A stretch of DNA of 59,385 bases from an uncultured Bacteroidota bacterium (GTDB taxonomy: Bacteria; Bacteroidota; Bacteroidia; Bacteroidales; VadinHA17): the NCBI GenBank assembly GCA_937864815.1, contig CALMJY010000330.1:1-59385 (forward strand), written 5' to 3'. Position numbers and translations under genes: made by a program. The stretch's first letter is position 1. Each line of letters starts with the position of its first letter. Positions 41,472 through 52,011 of this stretch are shown piece by piece. The notes below the pieces were generated by a model, which had not been told where the DNA came from, did no database searches, and saw only the letters and a list, made by a program, of their open reading frames with translations.

Positions 41472-43817
41472 ATGTTACGCTTTACAGATAACACAAAATA
41501 TCTGATTTGGTTCTGGACACTGTTCATATTACCTATTGCATTTATAATACTTCTGTTCATTCTAATATCCAGGGAAAAGCTCGGACCTATGCCATCATTC
41601 AGGGAACTTGAGAATCCCGAATACTGGCTTGCAGCTGAGGTATATTCTGAGGATGGAGTATTGCTTGGAAAGATCAGCATTGAAAATCTTACATGGACCG
41701 AATATAAAGATCTCTCACCCTGGCTGACCGATGCTCTTATTGCTACTGAAGATATACGTTATTACAGACACTCAGGGATAGATATAAGGGGGCTCGGAAG
41801 AGCTGTAATAAAATCTGTTCTTCTCGGGCAGAATACCGGAGGCGGGAGCACTATATCACAGCAGTTGGCAAAGCAATTATATCCCCGTGATACTGCACGT
41901 ACCTCAGCAGTAATGAGAATAGTGAAGCTGGGGGTATCCAAATTCAAGGAGTGGCAGACAGCTGTCAAGCTTGAGCGTTTCTACACCAAGGAGGAGATTA
42001 TTGCAATGTATCTTAATAAATTTGACTTTCTGTACAACGCAATAGGGATAAGATCGGCGGCAAAAGTATATTTCAATACTACACCCGACTCACTTAATCT
42101 TCAGCAGGCAGCAGTACTGGTAGGAATGCTGAAGAATTCCGCATTATATAATCCGGTGAGGAATTATGACCTCATGCTGGAAAGGAGAAATGTTGTTATT
42201 TCCCAGATGGCTAAATATGGCTATATCACTCAGTCTGTTGCTGATTCTGTTATTAAACTTCCAATAGACTCCAGATTCAAGGTTGAAGATCATAATACTG
42301 GTCTTGCCACCTACCTGCGGGAATATATAAGGTTTCTGATGCGGAGACCGGAGCCTGACCGCCTGAAATACCAGAATCAGTCCTCCTATGATGATGCTTT
42401 ATGGGAGTGGCAGAATAATCAGCTCTATGGCTGGTGTAATAAAAATCTGAAGCCTGATGGTACAACCTATAATATTTATAAGGACGGGCTGAAGATCTAT
42501 ACTACTATTAATTCCAGGATGCAGAAATATGCTGAAGAAGCCCTGACGGAACATCTTTCGGCAGAAATACAACCAGATTTTTACAAGAGGGCTAAAGGAT
42601 TTAAGAATCCGCCTTATTCGGATGACGTCACGAAAAAAGAGATAGATGAGATTATGAAGCAATCTATCATCAGGACCGAACGATACGGGTCAATGTGGAG
42701 GGCAGGTATATCTGAAGATTCAATAATGATCTCTTTTAATACCCCTGTTAAGATGAAAGTTTTTTCATGGAAGGGAGAAATAGATACTGTAATGACCCCT
42801 CTTGATTCAGTCAGATATTACAAGTTTTTTGTCCGATCAGCATTTATGGTTGAAGATCCTCATACCGGCTATGTAAAAGCGTATGTGGGAGGTCCTGATT
42901 TCAGATATTTTAAATATGATGCGGTTACACAACAGCGTAAGCAGGTAGGGAGTACCATCAAACCATTCCTTTATACAATTGCAATGCAGAATGGCTATTC
43001 TCCATGTTATGAAGTTGAAAATGTTCCCCGTTCATTTGATGTAAACGATTCCACATGGACACCAAAAAGCTCAGGACCCAAAGAATATCACGGACGTATG
43101 GTTACATTAAAATGGGGTCTGGCCCAGTCGGAGAACTATATTTCAGCATGGCTCATGCAGCAGTTCAAACCAACTGCGGTAACTGACCTGATGCAAAAAA
43201 TGGGGATCCGGAGTTTCATTGATCCTGTTCCTTCAATATTCCTTGGAACTTCCGACATTAAGCTTGAAGAGATGGTTGGTGCCTATGGTACATATGTAAA
43301 TAAGGGAGTATATACCCGCCCCATGTATGTTACCAGGATTGAAGATAAGAACGGGAATGTAATTTCAAGATTTACTCCAAAAATTGAAGAGGTATTGAGT
43401 GAAGAACATGCATACCTCATGATTAATCTTCTCCAGAATGTTGTGCTCACGGGTTCAGGAAGAAGAATGCGGGTGGAGCCATATAACCTTATGAACCAGA
43501 TAGGAGGGAAAACCGGTACGACACAGAACCATTCAAACGGTTGGTTTATAGGAGTGACACCAAACCTGGTAGGAGGAGTATGGAGCGGTTGGGAAGACCA
43601 GGCTATTCATTTTGAAACACTCGGAGAGGGACAGGGCGCCAATATGGCACTTCCCGTATTTGCCATCTTCCTGAAGAAAGTATATTCTGATCCTCAGTTT
43701 GGCATTATGGAAACTGATGAGTTTGAAAAACCTGCCGATTTCCACTGGGAACTTGACTGTGAAAAGGTCAAGAAGCAGAATTCACGTCGTGAAAATGCAA
43801 GACGGTACAGATATTAA
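41472..43817 (+). CDS. Class A penicillin-binding protein (PBP1A)
   Basis: TEDIRYYRHSGID and GGSTISQQLAK (transglycosylase); STIK, SEN and KTGT (transpeptidase). Confidence 0.93.
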   Translation: MLRFTDNTKYLIWFWTLFILPIAFIILLFILISREKLGPMPSFRELENPEYWLAAEVYSEDGVLLGKISIENLTWTEYKDLSPWLTDALIATEDIRYYRHSGIDIRGLGRAVIKSVLLGQNTGGGSTISQQLAKQLYPRDTARTSAVMRIVKLGVSKFKEWQTAVKLERFYTKEEIIAMYLNKFDFLYNAIGIRSAAKVYFNTTPDSLNLQQAAVLVGMLKNSALYNPVRNYDLMLERRNVVISQMAKYGYITQSVADSVIKLPIDSRFKVEDHNTGLATYLREYIRFLMRRPEPDRLKYQNQSSYDDALWEWQNNQLYGWCNKNLKPDGTTYNIYKDGLKIYTTINSRMQKYAEEALTEHLSAEIQPDFYKRAKGFKNPPYSDDVTKKEIDEIMKQSIIRTERYGSMWRAGISEDSIMISFNTPVKMKVFSWKGEIDTVMTPLDSVRYYKFFVRSAFMVEDPHTGYVKAYVGGPDFRYFKYDAVTQQRKQVGSTIKPFLYTIAMQNGYSPCYEVENVPRSFDVNDSTWTPKSSGPKEYHGRMVTLKWGLAQSENYISAWLMQQFKPTAVTDLMQKMGIRSFIDPVPSIFLGTSDIKLEEMVGAYGTYVNKGVYTRPMYVTRIEDKNGNVISRFTPKIEEVLSEEHAYLMINLLQNVVLTGSGRRMRVEPYNLMNQIGGKTGTTQNHSNGWFIGVTPNLVGGVWSGWEDQAIHFETLGEGQGANMALPVFAIFLKKVYSDPQFGIMETDEFEKPADFHWELDCEKVKKQNSRRENARRYRY

Positions 43818-43872
43818 ACCGGCAACCGGCTAACGGCGACCGGCAACCGGCAACCGGCAACCGGCAACCGGA
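43817..43872. repeat. Heptamer tandem array (AACCGGC)x8
   Basis: Five exact and three variant units, starting at the PBP1A stop codon. Confidence 0.9.
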
Positions 43873-43920
43873 AATCACTTAATGAGTCTTTTTCAACACT
43901 AAGCTGCAAGGCATTTCTTC

Positions 43921-43948
43921 CCTGCGTCCTGCGTCCTGAGCCTTGCGC
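43921..43948. repeat. Heptamer tandem array (CCTGCGT-like)x4
   Basis: cctgcgt cctgcgt cctgagc cttgcgc, just past the radA stop. Confidence 0.8.
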
Positions 43949-43952
43949 CCAT

Positions 43953-45314
43953 CTAAGAAAACAAGGATCTTACAAGGTGTTCGATTTTCCCCACAGAAAT
44001 TACTTCTATATTCATTCCTTCTGAGGAGATATTCCTGTGATATTTGGAGATATAAATTTTTGTGAATCCCATCTTTGAGGCTTCCCTGATCCGCTGTTCA
44101 ATCCTTGACACAGGTCTTATTTCTCCGGAAAGTCCGGCTTCTCCAGCGAAGCATACCTCACGGCCAATCGGTATATCCAGATTTGAAGAGAGAACAGAAC
44201 TTAAAATCGCCATATCCATAGCAGGGTCACTTACTTTTATTCCTCCTGCAATATTCAGAAAGACATCTTTTACGCCAAGCTTGAATCCGGCTCTTTTCTC
44301 CAGCACTGCCAATAACATATTAAGTCTTCGAATGTCAAATCCTGTCGAACTTCGCTGAGGAGTTCCATACACTGCAGAGCTTACTAGCGCCTGCGTTTCG
44401 ATAAGGAAAGGACGAAGACCGTCTACCGTTGCAGCAATTGAAATACCGCTCAAAGCTTCATCGTGCTGGTTGATAAATAATTCTGACGGATTTGATACCT
44501 CCCGCAATCCTCTTTCCACCATTTCAAAAATACCTATTTCAGAGGTTGATCCGAATCTGTTCTTCACTGATCTTAAAATCCGGTAAACGTAATTGTTGTC
44601 GCCTTCGAAATAGAGTACAACATCCACAATATGTTCAAGGACTTTCGGCCCTGCAAGTGTTCCGTCCTTGGTAATATGTCCGATAAGAAATACAGGGATC
44701 CTTGTTATTTTCGAATATTTGAGAAGCTGTGCAGCACATTCTCTTACCTGAGATACAGTTCCGGCAGAGGATTCCAGTGCTGATGTGCTGATAGTCTGGA
44801 CAGAATCGATTATAATCAGTCCCGGTTTAAGATTTTCAGCATGAACCAGAATCCTTTCGAGTTCTGTTTCACTTAAGATATAACATTCAGGGTTTGAATG
44901 CTTCATTCTTTTTGCCCTCAGACTGATCTGCTCTTCACTCTCTTCGCCGGAAACGTACAGAATCCGTTTATCCTTCAGGGCAAGTGCTATCTGAAGGGCA
45001 AGTGTTGATTTGCCAACCCCCGGTTCTCCTCCGAGTAGAATAAGGGAACCGGATACAATTCCACCACCAAGTATACGGTCGAGTTCTGATATTCCTGATT
45101 TGTTGCGGCTGAATTCATCGGATTTAATATCGTCGAGTCTTTCAGGTTTTCTTTTTTCCTGTGTTACAATAAAAGATGTATCGCGGGAACCAGAGCCCTG
45201 AACTATCTCTTCGTGATAGCTGTTCCATTCCTTGCAGGAAGGACATCTGCCAATCCATTTGGGAGATTCAGCCCCGCAGTTCTGGCAGACAAAAACTGTC
45301 TTGTTCTTAGCCAT
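43953..45314 (-). CDS. radA: DNA repair protein RadA/Sms
   Basis: C4 zinc finger, GEPGVGKST, KNRFG, Lon-like C-terminus. Confidence 0.97.
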   Translation of the reverse strand: MAKNKTVFVCQNCGAESPKWIGRCPSCKEWNSYHEEIVQGSGSRDTSFIVTQEKRKPERLDDIKSDEFSRNKSGISELDRILGGGIVSGSLILLGGEPGVGKSTLALQIALALKDKRILYVSGEESEEQISLRAKRMKHSNPECYILSETELERILVHAENLKPGLIIIDSVQTISTSALESSAGTVSQVRECAAQLLKYSKITRIPVFLIGHITKDGTLAGPKVLEHIVDVVLYFEGDNNYVYRILRSVKNRFGSTSEIGIFEMVERGLREVSNPSELFINQHDEALSGISIAATVDGLRPFLIETQALVSSAVYGTPQRSSTGFDIRRLNMLLAVLEKRAGFKLGVKDVFLNIAGGIKVSDPAMDMAILSSVLSSNLDIPIGREVCFAGEAGLSGEIRPVSRIEQRIREASKMGFTKIYISKYHRNISSEGMNIEVISVGKIEHLVRSLFS

Positions 45315-46320
45315 TGTCCTCTTTAGAGCGTTTTCTGAATATCATGAAAAAAGAGAAGGCACCGATAAGCACAACAAATATGAGCTGGGATTCATGTGTC
45401 AGAAGTGCGTATACCAGCCCGTCTTCAAGAGGGATATCATGTACAATAAGCAATCCTCTGGATATTATATAATGAAAGGCCCCCAGCCCGCTTTGTACCG
45501 GAGCTGACATGGCCAGTCCACCAATCACCAGCAGAAAAATGCTGTTTCCGAATGTAATGCCGGAAGTTACTTCAAGGGAGAAGACAACAACCCAGGTCAT
45601 CAGTGCATAGTTAAGCCAGATAAATACTGTATGAAAGACAAACTCCCATTTATGCTTAAGATTGGTGATTGTTTTAAGTCCGTTTATTACGCCTTTTGCC
45701 AGATCGAACATTTTGGCAAAAAACCGGATCTTTCTGAGACTATGCCTGTAACCAATAATAAACCCGAGGGACACTGATCCTAAAACAAAAAGGGTGGCCC
45801 AAAGAATCCATGTTGAGCCAAAAACAGCAATTACATTCTGTTCAATAGGCACGAGTATACTCTCCTTCATGAAAATTCCTATATCACTGCTGCTGGTAAA
45901 AATCAATGTAATCATAATGATCAGCAGTGAAATAAAGTCGATAGTTCTTTCAATCACTACAGTGCCAATCAGCTGATCGACAGGAATTTTTTCTTTTCTC
46001 CCCAGAGCAACGCATCTTGTTATTTCCCCAATCCTGGGAAGAGCAAGGTTTGCAAGATAACCAGTCATTAATGCATAGAAAGAATTCATCAGAGATGGGT
46101 GGTGCCCAAGGGGATTTATAAGCAGTACCCATCGTCTTGCCCTGCTGACAAAAGCAACAAACCCAAAGAATACAGACAGGAGGAGCCATGAATAGTCAGC
46201 TACCCTGAGTTCTGCCACAAGTTTATTGAAATTCACTGACCGGAATGCAAGCCACATCAGAGCCACTCCGACAACAAGAAAAGCAATGAACTTAAGTGTC
46301 TGCAGGATGTTTTTTCTCAA
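45307..46320 (-). CDS. Lysylphosphatidylglycerol synthase TM / flippase-like (UPF0104) protein
   Basis: RARRW, GYLANLALPRIGE, GTVVIERTID, PVQSGLGAFH. Confidence 0.8.
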   Translation of the reverse strand: MRKNILQTLKFIAFLVVGVALMWLAFRSVNFNKLVAELRVADYSWLLLSVFFGFVAFVSRARRWVLLINPLGHHPSLMNSFYALMTGYLANLALPRIGEITRCVALGRKEKIPVDQLIGTVVIERTIDFISLLIIMITLIFTSSSDIGIFMKESILVPIEQNVIAVFGSTWILWATLFVLGSVSLGFIIGYRHSLRKIRFFAKMFDLAKGVINGLKTITNLKHKWEFVFHTVFIWLNYALMTWVVVFSLEVTSGITFGNSIFLLVIGGLAMSAPVQSGLGAFHYIISRGLLIVHDIPLEDGLVYALLTHESQLIFVVLIGAFSFFMIFRKRSKEDNG

Positions 46321-46322
46321 GA

Positions 46323-46673
46323 TCAGATCAGTTTGTTCGTGTTAGTATCAGGAAAAACAATTGTTGGTTTAAATAGTTTAGCCTCTTCTGAATTCATCAT
46401 TGCAAAAGACATTATTATAATAATATCACCAACAATTACTTTTCTTGCGGCAGCTCCATTCAGACAAATCTCACCTGAACCTCTGTTGCCTTTTATTACA
46501 TATGTTTCAATTCTTTCTCCGTTATTGAGATTGAGTACATGTACTTTTTCATTTTCAATAAGACGGGCAGCATCCATCAGATCTTCATCTATGGTGATGC
46601 TTCCAATGTAATTCAGGTTTGCCCCGGTTATGGAGGCTTGATGGATTTTCGATTTTAAGACTTCAATAAACAT
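46323..46673 (-). CDS. panD: Aspartate 1-decarboxylase
   Basis: KSKIH, self-cleavage site G-SITID, ETYVI, LNGAAAR. Confidence 0.97.
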   Translation of the reverse strand: MFIEVLKSKIHQASITGANLNYIGSITIDEDLMDAARLIENEKVHVLNLNNGERIETYVIKGNRGSGEICLNGAAARKVIVGDIIIIMSFAMMNSEEAKLFKPTIVFPDTNTNKLI

Positions 46674-46706
46674 GGTGTTGTAAATGAAACGGAATAAAAT
46701 AAACTA

Positions 46707-46714
46707 CAAAGGTA
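46707..46714 (-). promoter_or_regulatory. Internal -7 element before panD
   Basis: TACCTTTG in the panC-panD spacer. Confidence 0.5.
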
Positions 46715-46728
46715 ATCAACCTTTTTGT

Positions 46729-47586
46729 TCAGACCAACCCTATTTCAATATTATCAATAAGTCTGATCTTACCTGCTTTAACGGCAATACATCCATAATA
46801 TTTTTCCCCTGCAATCATTTCTGCCCTGTTCTCTACAGGTTTCAGCTCCGTATCGTCCACAATTTCAAAATAGATTAATTCAAAGTTTTCTAAATTTTCA
46901 ATGTTCCTTTTAACCATTAACTGAATTTCAGGAATGTCATTTTCTCTGATCATTAATGAAGCCTGCTTAATTGTTTTGTAAATTAAAGGAGCATTCATCC
47001 GGATTTCAGGTTCCAGAAGCATGTTTCTGCTGCTCATTGCCAGTCCGTCTTTTTCGCGGATAATCGGATGAGGAATAATCTTCACTTTGTCTCCTGTTTG
47101 TCTGACGAGTTCCTTTATTACAGCCAGTTGCTGAAAATCCTTTAGTCCGAAAATAGCCAGATCGGGTTTAACTATATCAAATAAGCGGCTTACAACCTGT
47201 CCCACTCCGTTAAAATGGCCCGGGCGATGCTTTGCTTCCATTACCAGGTCGAGGTTACCGAAACTAAATACCCGCTTGTCTTCCACAGGGTAGATCTCCT
47301 CAACAGAAGGAGTGAATACAATATCATTTTCGCGTAAGATATTCTTCAGAAGGCCCAGATCCTTTGCAATATCCCTGGGATAGTTCTTCAGGTCGTTTTT
47401 ATCGTTGAACTGAGTTGGATTGACAAAAATGCTTACAACAACGACAGGGGATTGTTCTGCAGCTGTTCTTACCAGCGAAAGATGTCCTTCGTGAAGCGCG
47501 CCCATGGTAGGCACGAAACCTACAGGAGAGAGACTCAATGATTTTAAAGTGCTTTGCAGCTCATTAATAGTACTTATTACCTTCAT
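46729..47586 (-). CDS. panC: Pantoate--beta-alanine ligase
   Basis: PTMGALHEGH, SIFVNPTQF, RPGHF, FGLKDFQQ, AMSSRN, RLIDN. Confidence 0.97.
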   Translation of the reverse strand: MKVISTINELQSTLKSLSLSPVGFVPTMGALHEGHLSLVRTAAEQSPVVVVSIFVNPTQFNDKNDLKNYPRDIAKDLGLLKNILRENDIVFTPSVEEIYPVEDKRVFSFGNLDLVMEAKHRPGHFNGVGQVVSRLFDIVKPDLAIFGLKDFQQLAVIKELVRQTGDKVKIIPHPIIREKDGLAMSSRNMLLEPEIRMNAPLIYKTIKQASLMIRENDIPEIQLMVKRNIENLENFELIYFEIVDDTELKPVENRAEMIAGEKYYGCIAVKAGKIRLIDNIEIGLV

Positions 47587-47598
47587 GTGTTTTTTTTA

Positions 47599-47711
47599 CA
47601 AACCTAAATGAAAAATATCAGAATGGCCATCAATGAATAGTATAAACTTCTGATAGATGACATTATACAAAAAAGGCTTTGATATTAATTCATTTTTTAT
47701 TATTATCTTTG
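47599..47711. promoter_or_regulatory. Divergent -7 elements for panC (-) and glgA-like (+)
   Basis: TAGGTTTG on - at 47599-47606; TATCTTTG on + at 47704-47711. Confidence 0.6.
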
Positions 47712-47745
47712 CACCTTAAATCGGGCTGGTTATCGAGGGAGATAA

Positions 47746-48552
47746 ATGGAAAGCAAGAAGGTATTATTCATTTCACAGGAGATTACTCCGTACCTTGGTG
47801 AGACAAAGTTGTCAAAGATCGGAAGATATCTTCCACAGGGGATTCAGGAGAAAGGGAAGGAGATCCGGACATTTATGCCACGGTACGGGTGTATTAATGA
47901 AAGAAGGAATCAGCTTCACGAAGTTATCCGTCTTTCAGGAATGAATCTTATAATCGATGATACCGATCACCCACTGATTATTAAAGTTGCATCAATCCAG
48001 TCTGCCCGTATGCAGGTTTATTTTATTGACAATGATGACTATTTTCAACGTAAGCATATTGTGAGTGATTCATCAGGAAAGGAGTTTGAGGACAATGATG
48101 AACGAGCCCTGTTTTTTGCCCGCGGAGTAATTGAAACAGTAAAAAAGCTGAGATGGGCACCTGATATTGTTCACTGTCATGGATGGATGGCATCACTTGT
48201 ACCTGTATATCTTCGTAGTGTATATCATGATGATCCGCTCTTCCATAATTATAAAATAATCTATTCTATATATAATAATGATTTCAAAACACCGTTTAGA
48301 TCAACGTTCGCTGATAAACTGCGTTTCGACGGGATAGACGGTGAAAATCTTAAAATGGTTAAAAAGCCTGACTTTGTAAATGTTTCAAAACTGGCTATTA
48401 AATATTCTGACGGGATCATTATCGGAAGCGAGGAGGTAAATGAAGAACTGGCAAAGCATGTTAAAACAATAAACAAGCCGGTTCTTGCATACAAGGATGA
48501 GTCACAATATATTGATGCCTATAATGAGTTTTATGACAAGCTACTATCATAG
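47746..48552 (+). CDS. Glycogen/starch synthase N-terminal (GT5) domain-only protein
   Basis: FMPRYG, VYFIDN, DNDERALFF, PDIVHCHGW; no KxGGL motif and no second Rossmann domain. Confidence 0.8.
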   Translation: MESKKVLFISQEITPYLGETKLSKIGRYLPQGIQEKGKEIRTFMPRYGCINERRNQLHEVIRLSGMNLIIDDTDHPLIIKVASIQSARMQVYFIDNDDYFQRKHIVSDSSGKEFEDNDERALFFARGVIETVKKLRWAPDIVHCHGWMASLVPVYLRSVYHDDPLFHNYKIIYSIYNNDFKTPFRSTFADKLRFDGIDGENLKMVKKPDFVNVSKLAIKYSDGIIIGSEEVNEELAKHVKTINKPVLAYKDESQYIDAYNEFYDKLLS

Positions 48553-49906
48553 ATCTGACAATATTTCACAATTTATTATTGGTATTTTTTCATTCAGAAC
48601 TTTCAGTCTAACCCTGTTGGTTACAGGAGTGCTTTGGTTATCATCCTGTGAAGAAGATCCGACATTTATAGGAAAGGGGATTCTTCCCAGCACTGATTTT
48701 GTATCTGTTGTATCAACCGACACTTTCAATATCCTTTCCTATACGAAATATGATTACCCGCTCAGAACTGAAGCACAGACAGCACCATATATCGGAACAA
48801 ATTATGATCCCTATTTCGGTACTGTAACGAGTGAGTTCATTTCTCAGGTCAGGCTTGAAAGAGAATGGATTAAAGGGGATTACAATGTCGATTCTGTCAA
48901 ACTTGTTCTCAGGATACTGTCTGTATCAGGCTCCGGAGGATCAGTCAAGCAGCTCAGGATTACCGAGGTGGCGGATATGCTTTATGGAGATTCAGCATAT
49001 TATTCCAATACGCCGGTTGATACCACAGCTTATGGCATTACAGTTGATTTACCTGAACTAAGGACAGATACAGTAAATGTTGTAAACATAAATCTTCCCC
49101 CTTCATTTGGAGAGTATCTTATAAGGGATCAGGAAAAACTCTTTTACAGCCCAAGCAGTGAAGATTTCAGGAATTATTTCAAAGGAGTTTACCTGCGTAT
49201 TCTTTCAGCGTCTGAATCAAATCCTCTCCTAATCGGAATTGATGTTACACAAGCTTCTTTACTGGGAGATTACAGTGATTATTTTATAGTTTATATGCAT
49301 AACCAGGAAAGCACTTCTGAAAGATCCAGTTTCAGATTTCTTCTTGATCCTACAAAAAGAAACGCCTGCTATTCAAGGGTAAATCACAATTTCTCTACAG
49401 CAAGCCCCGATAAGGATTTCAGTGATATAGTGAATCAGCCAGTTCTTGACACACTCTCTTATGTTCAGGGGATGAATGGGGTTTATACAAAACTGATTAT
49501 TCACGGGCTGGAGGATATGAAGAATGATACTTCCAGAAGCAAGACGGCAATTAACAGGGCTACTCTCTTTATGCCTGTTCACTATGACGGAGAGTATTAT
49601 TCAGATGCAACTCTGCCGGATAACATCTATCTGAGATATTATAACAAGTCTGGTGTCAAACAATTGATACCTGACTATTTTATAGATGATTACCATGAAT
49701 ATTTTGGCGGGAAACTCGATACTGCCAATAACCGGTATAAATTCAATATTTCCAATTTCATTCAGGAATATTTTAATGATAAGGAAGGAATTTTAAAGCC
49801 TGAACTGGAGGTGTTCCAGAGTTCAGATGAAATTAAAAATGCTGTTTTTAAAGCGAATGAAAGCAAGTCACCTGCAAGACTTGAGATGACTATTACCAGG
49901 TTTTAA
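48533..49906 (+). CDS. DUF4270-like lipoprotein
   Basis: Lipobox LSSC-EEDP, DPYFGTV, FRNYFKGVY, YKFNISNFIQ; start uncertain (48485-48533). Confidence 0.7.
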   Translation: MTSYYHRSDNISQFIIGIFSFRTFSLTLLVTGVLWLSSCEEDPTFIGKGILPSTDFVSVVSTDTFNILSYTKYDYPLRTEAQTAPYIGTNYDPYFGTVTSEFISQVRLEREWIKGDYNVDSVKLVLRILSVSGSGGSVKQLRITEVADMLYGDSAYYSNTPVDTTAYGITVDLPELRTDTVNVVNINLPPSFGEYLIRDQEKLFYSPSSEDFRNYFKGVYLRILSASESNPLLIGIDVTQASLLGDYSDYFIVYMHNQESTSERSSFRFLLDPTKRNACYSRVNHNFSTASPDKDFSDIVNQPVLDTLSYVQGMNGVYTKLIIHGLEDMKNDTSRSKTAINRATLFMPVHYDGEYYSDATLPDNIYLRYYNKSGVKQLIPDYFIDDYHEYFGGKLDTANNRYKFNISNFIQEYFNDKEGILKPELEVFQSSDEIKNAVFKANESKSPARLEMTITRF

Positions 49907-49916
49907 ACCTGATCTA

Positions 49917-50972
49917 TTATCTGCCGGAATACATCATATCATAGTATTTTTCATATTCACCCGAAAGGATCCTTTCCAGCCACCTCGTGTTTGAAAGATA
50001 CCAGTCAACAGTTTTTTCCAGTCCGGCTGAGAATTCAGGAATAGGAGACCAGCCGAGTTCATTCTGAAGTTTTGACGAATCAATAGCATACCTCATATCA
50101 TGTCCGGGGCGATCCTTAACATAGGTTATAAGTTCTTCTGAAGTGCCTGGTTCGCGGTTTAACTTTTTGTCCATAATACTGCAAAGCAACCTGATAAGGT
50201 CTATGTTTTTCCATTCATTGTTTCCACCGATATTATAAGTATCACCCACCTTACCCCTGTGGAAGATCATATCGATTGCAATTGCATGATCCTCAACAAA
50301 AAGCCAGTCACGGATATTCTCTCCTTTGCCGTAAACAGGTATTGGTTTACTGTTCTTAATGTTATTTATGGCAAGGGGAATAAGTTTCTCAGGGAACTGG
50401 TTCGGACCATAATTATTTGAACAATTCGATATAACTACAGGAAGTCCGAATGTATGATGCCAGGCTCTTACAAGATGATCGGAGCTGGCTTTGGATGCGG
50501 AATATGGGCTTCTCGGATCATATGATGTCTCTTCAGTGAAGAATCCTTCTTTTCCAAGTGATCCATAAACTTCATCGGTTGATATATGATAGAATAGTTT
50601 ACCTTCAGGATTATCTTTCCAGTGCAGGCGGGCTGCATTCAGCAGATTAACCGTACCTATGATATTTGTAAAAACAAATTCATCAGGTCCGGTAATGGAG
50701 CGGTCAACATGCGATTCAGCTGCAAGATGAATCACCCCGTCAAAATTGTATTTTTCAAAGAGATCAAGTACAGCCTGCTTATTGACGATATCAATTTTTT
50801 CAAACCTGTAATTCACCGATGATTCAATATCAGTAATATTCTCAAGGTTACCTGCATAGGTAAGCTTATCAGCATTTACAACAAGATATTCCGGGTAGTT
50901 CTTTACAAACCTCCTGACCACATGTGAACCTATAAATCCGGCTCCTCCGGTAATAAGTATTTTCTTCTTCAT
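49917..50972 (-). CDS. rfbB: dTDP-glucose 4,6-dehydratase
   Basis: GGAGFIG, AAESHVDRSI, ISTDEVYG, YSASK, DRPGHDMRY. Confidence 0.96.
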   Translation of the reverse strand: MKKKILITGGAGFIGSHVVRRFVKNYPEYLVVNADKLTYAGNLENITDIESSVNYRFEKIDIVNKQAVLDLFEKYNFDGVIHLAAESHVDRSITGPDEFVFTNIIGTVNLLNAARLHWKDNPEGKLFYHISTDEVYGSLGKEGFFTEETSYDPRSPYSASKASSDHLVRAWHHTFGLPVVISNCSNNYGPNQFPEKLIPLAINNIKNSKPIPVYGKGENIRDWLFVEDHAIAIDMIFHRGKVGDTYNIGGNNEWKNIDLIRLLCSIMDKKLNREPGTSEELITYVKDRPGHDMRYAIDSSKLQNELGWSPIPEFSAGLEKTVDWYLSNTRWLERILSGEYEKYYDMMYSGR

Positions 50973-50979
50973 ACCAGTA

Positions 50980-52005
50980 CTATTTTTTTCTGATTTGATT
51001 CTCCCAGTCCCATGCGGTTTTCATTGCCTGATCAAGAGTACTGATTGTTTTCCACCCAAGTTCAATGTTTGCATAAGAGGGATCGGCCCATATTTTTTCA
51101 ATATCTCCGGGTCTTCTGTCAACGACTCTGTATTTTACCTTTACACCTGTGGCGCGTTCAAAAGCCTGGATAGCTTCAAGTACAGACACTCCCTGTCCGG
51201 TTCCGAGGTTAAAAACCTCATACCCCGATTTATTTTTCCCGTCTGTCAGTCTTTTAACTGCTACAACATGAGCCTTTGCCAGATCAACAACATGCAGATA
51301 GTCCCTGATGCAATATCCGTCAGGAGTATCGTAATCATTACCAAATACTTTAAGCTCATCTCTGAGGCCGTGAGCTGTCTGCGTTATATACGGGACAAGG
51401 TTTTCAGGTATTCCCCTTGGCAATTCACCGATAAGTGCAGAAGGATGAGCCCCTATCGGATTGAAATATCGCAGGGCAATAGCTCTGATGTTTTCATCCG
51501 AGCTTACAGTATCCCTGATAATTGCTTCACCAACCTGCTTGGTATTGCCATATGGAGACGTCGCCGGTTGAAGTGGTGCATCTTCTGTAACGGGAAGCTT
51601 CTCTGGCTGACCATAAACAGTGCAGGACGATGAGAATACAAGATTGGAGACCATGAATTTCTTCATAGCCTCCATAAGATTGATAAGAGAAACAAGATTA
51701 TTCCTGTAATATTCGAGAGGTTTTCGGACAGATTCACCCACTGCCTTATATGCTGCAAAATGAATAATTGCAGAGATATTCTTATTCCTGCTGAAGAAGT
51801 CAGTAAGTTTTTCATTGTCACAGATGTCCAGAACCTCAAAACCAGGTTTTGTTCCTGTTATTTTTTCGATTCTCTCAATGACTTCTATTTCGGAATTATA
51901 CAGGTTATCAATTATGACGACTTCAAATCCTTCATTGATTAGTTCAACTGCAGTGTGCGAACCAATATAACCTGTACCACCGGTTACCAGTATTTTCTTT
52001 TTCAT
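50980..52005 (-). CDS. galE: UDP-glucose 4-epimerase
   Basis: GGTGYIGSH, KAVGES, YGNTK, LRYFNPIGAH. Confidence 0.95.
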   Translation of the reverse strand: MKKKILVTGGTGYIGSHTAVELINEGFEVVIIDNLYNSEIEVIERIEKITGTKPGFEVLDICDNEKLTDFFSRNKNISAIIHFAAYKAVGESVRKPLEYYRNNLVSLINLMEAMKKFMVSNLVFSSSCTVYGQPEKLPVTEDAPLQPATSPYGNTKQVGEAIIRDTVSSDENIRAIALRYFNPIGAHPSALIGELPRGIPENLVPYITQTAHGLRDELKVFGNDYDTPDGYCIRDYLHVVDLAKAHVVAVKRLTDGKNKSGYEVFNLGTGQGVSVLEAIQAFERATGVKVKYRVVDRRPGDIEKIWADPSYANIELGWKTISTLDQAMKTAWDWENQIRKK

Positions 52006-52011
52006 TTTAAT

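Noticed and set aside
43817-43948. Possible CRISPR array
   Set aside because: 7-bp units with no spacers and no cas genes.
50995-51633. 212-aa plus-strand ORF
   Set aside because: Antisense shadow of galE with no recognisable motifs. The same applies to the other nested ORFs, e.g. 6153-6623, 40383-40781 and 57404-57808.
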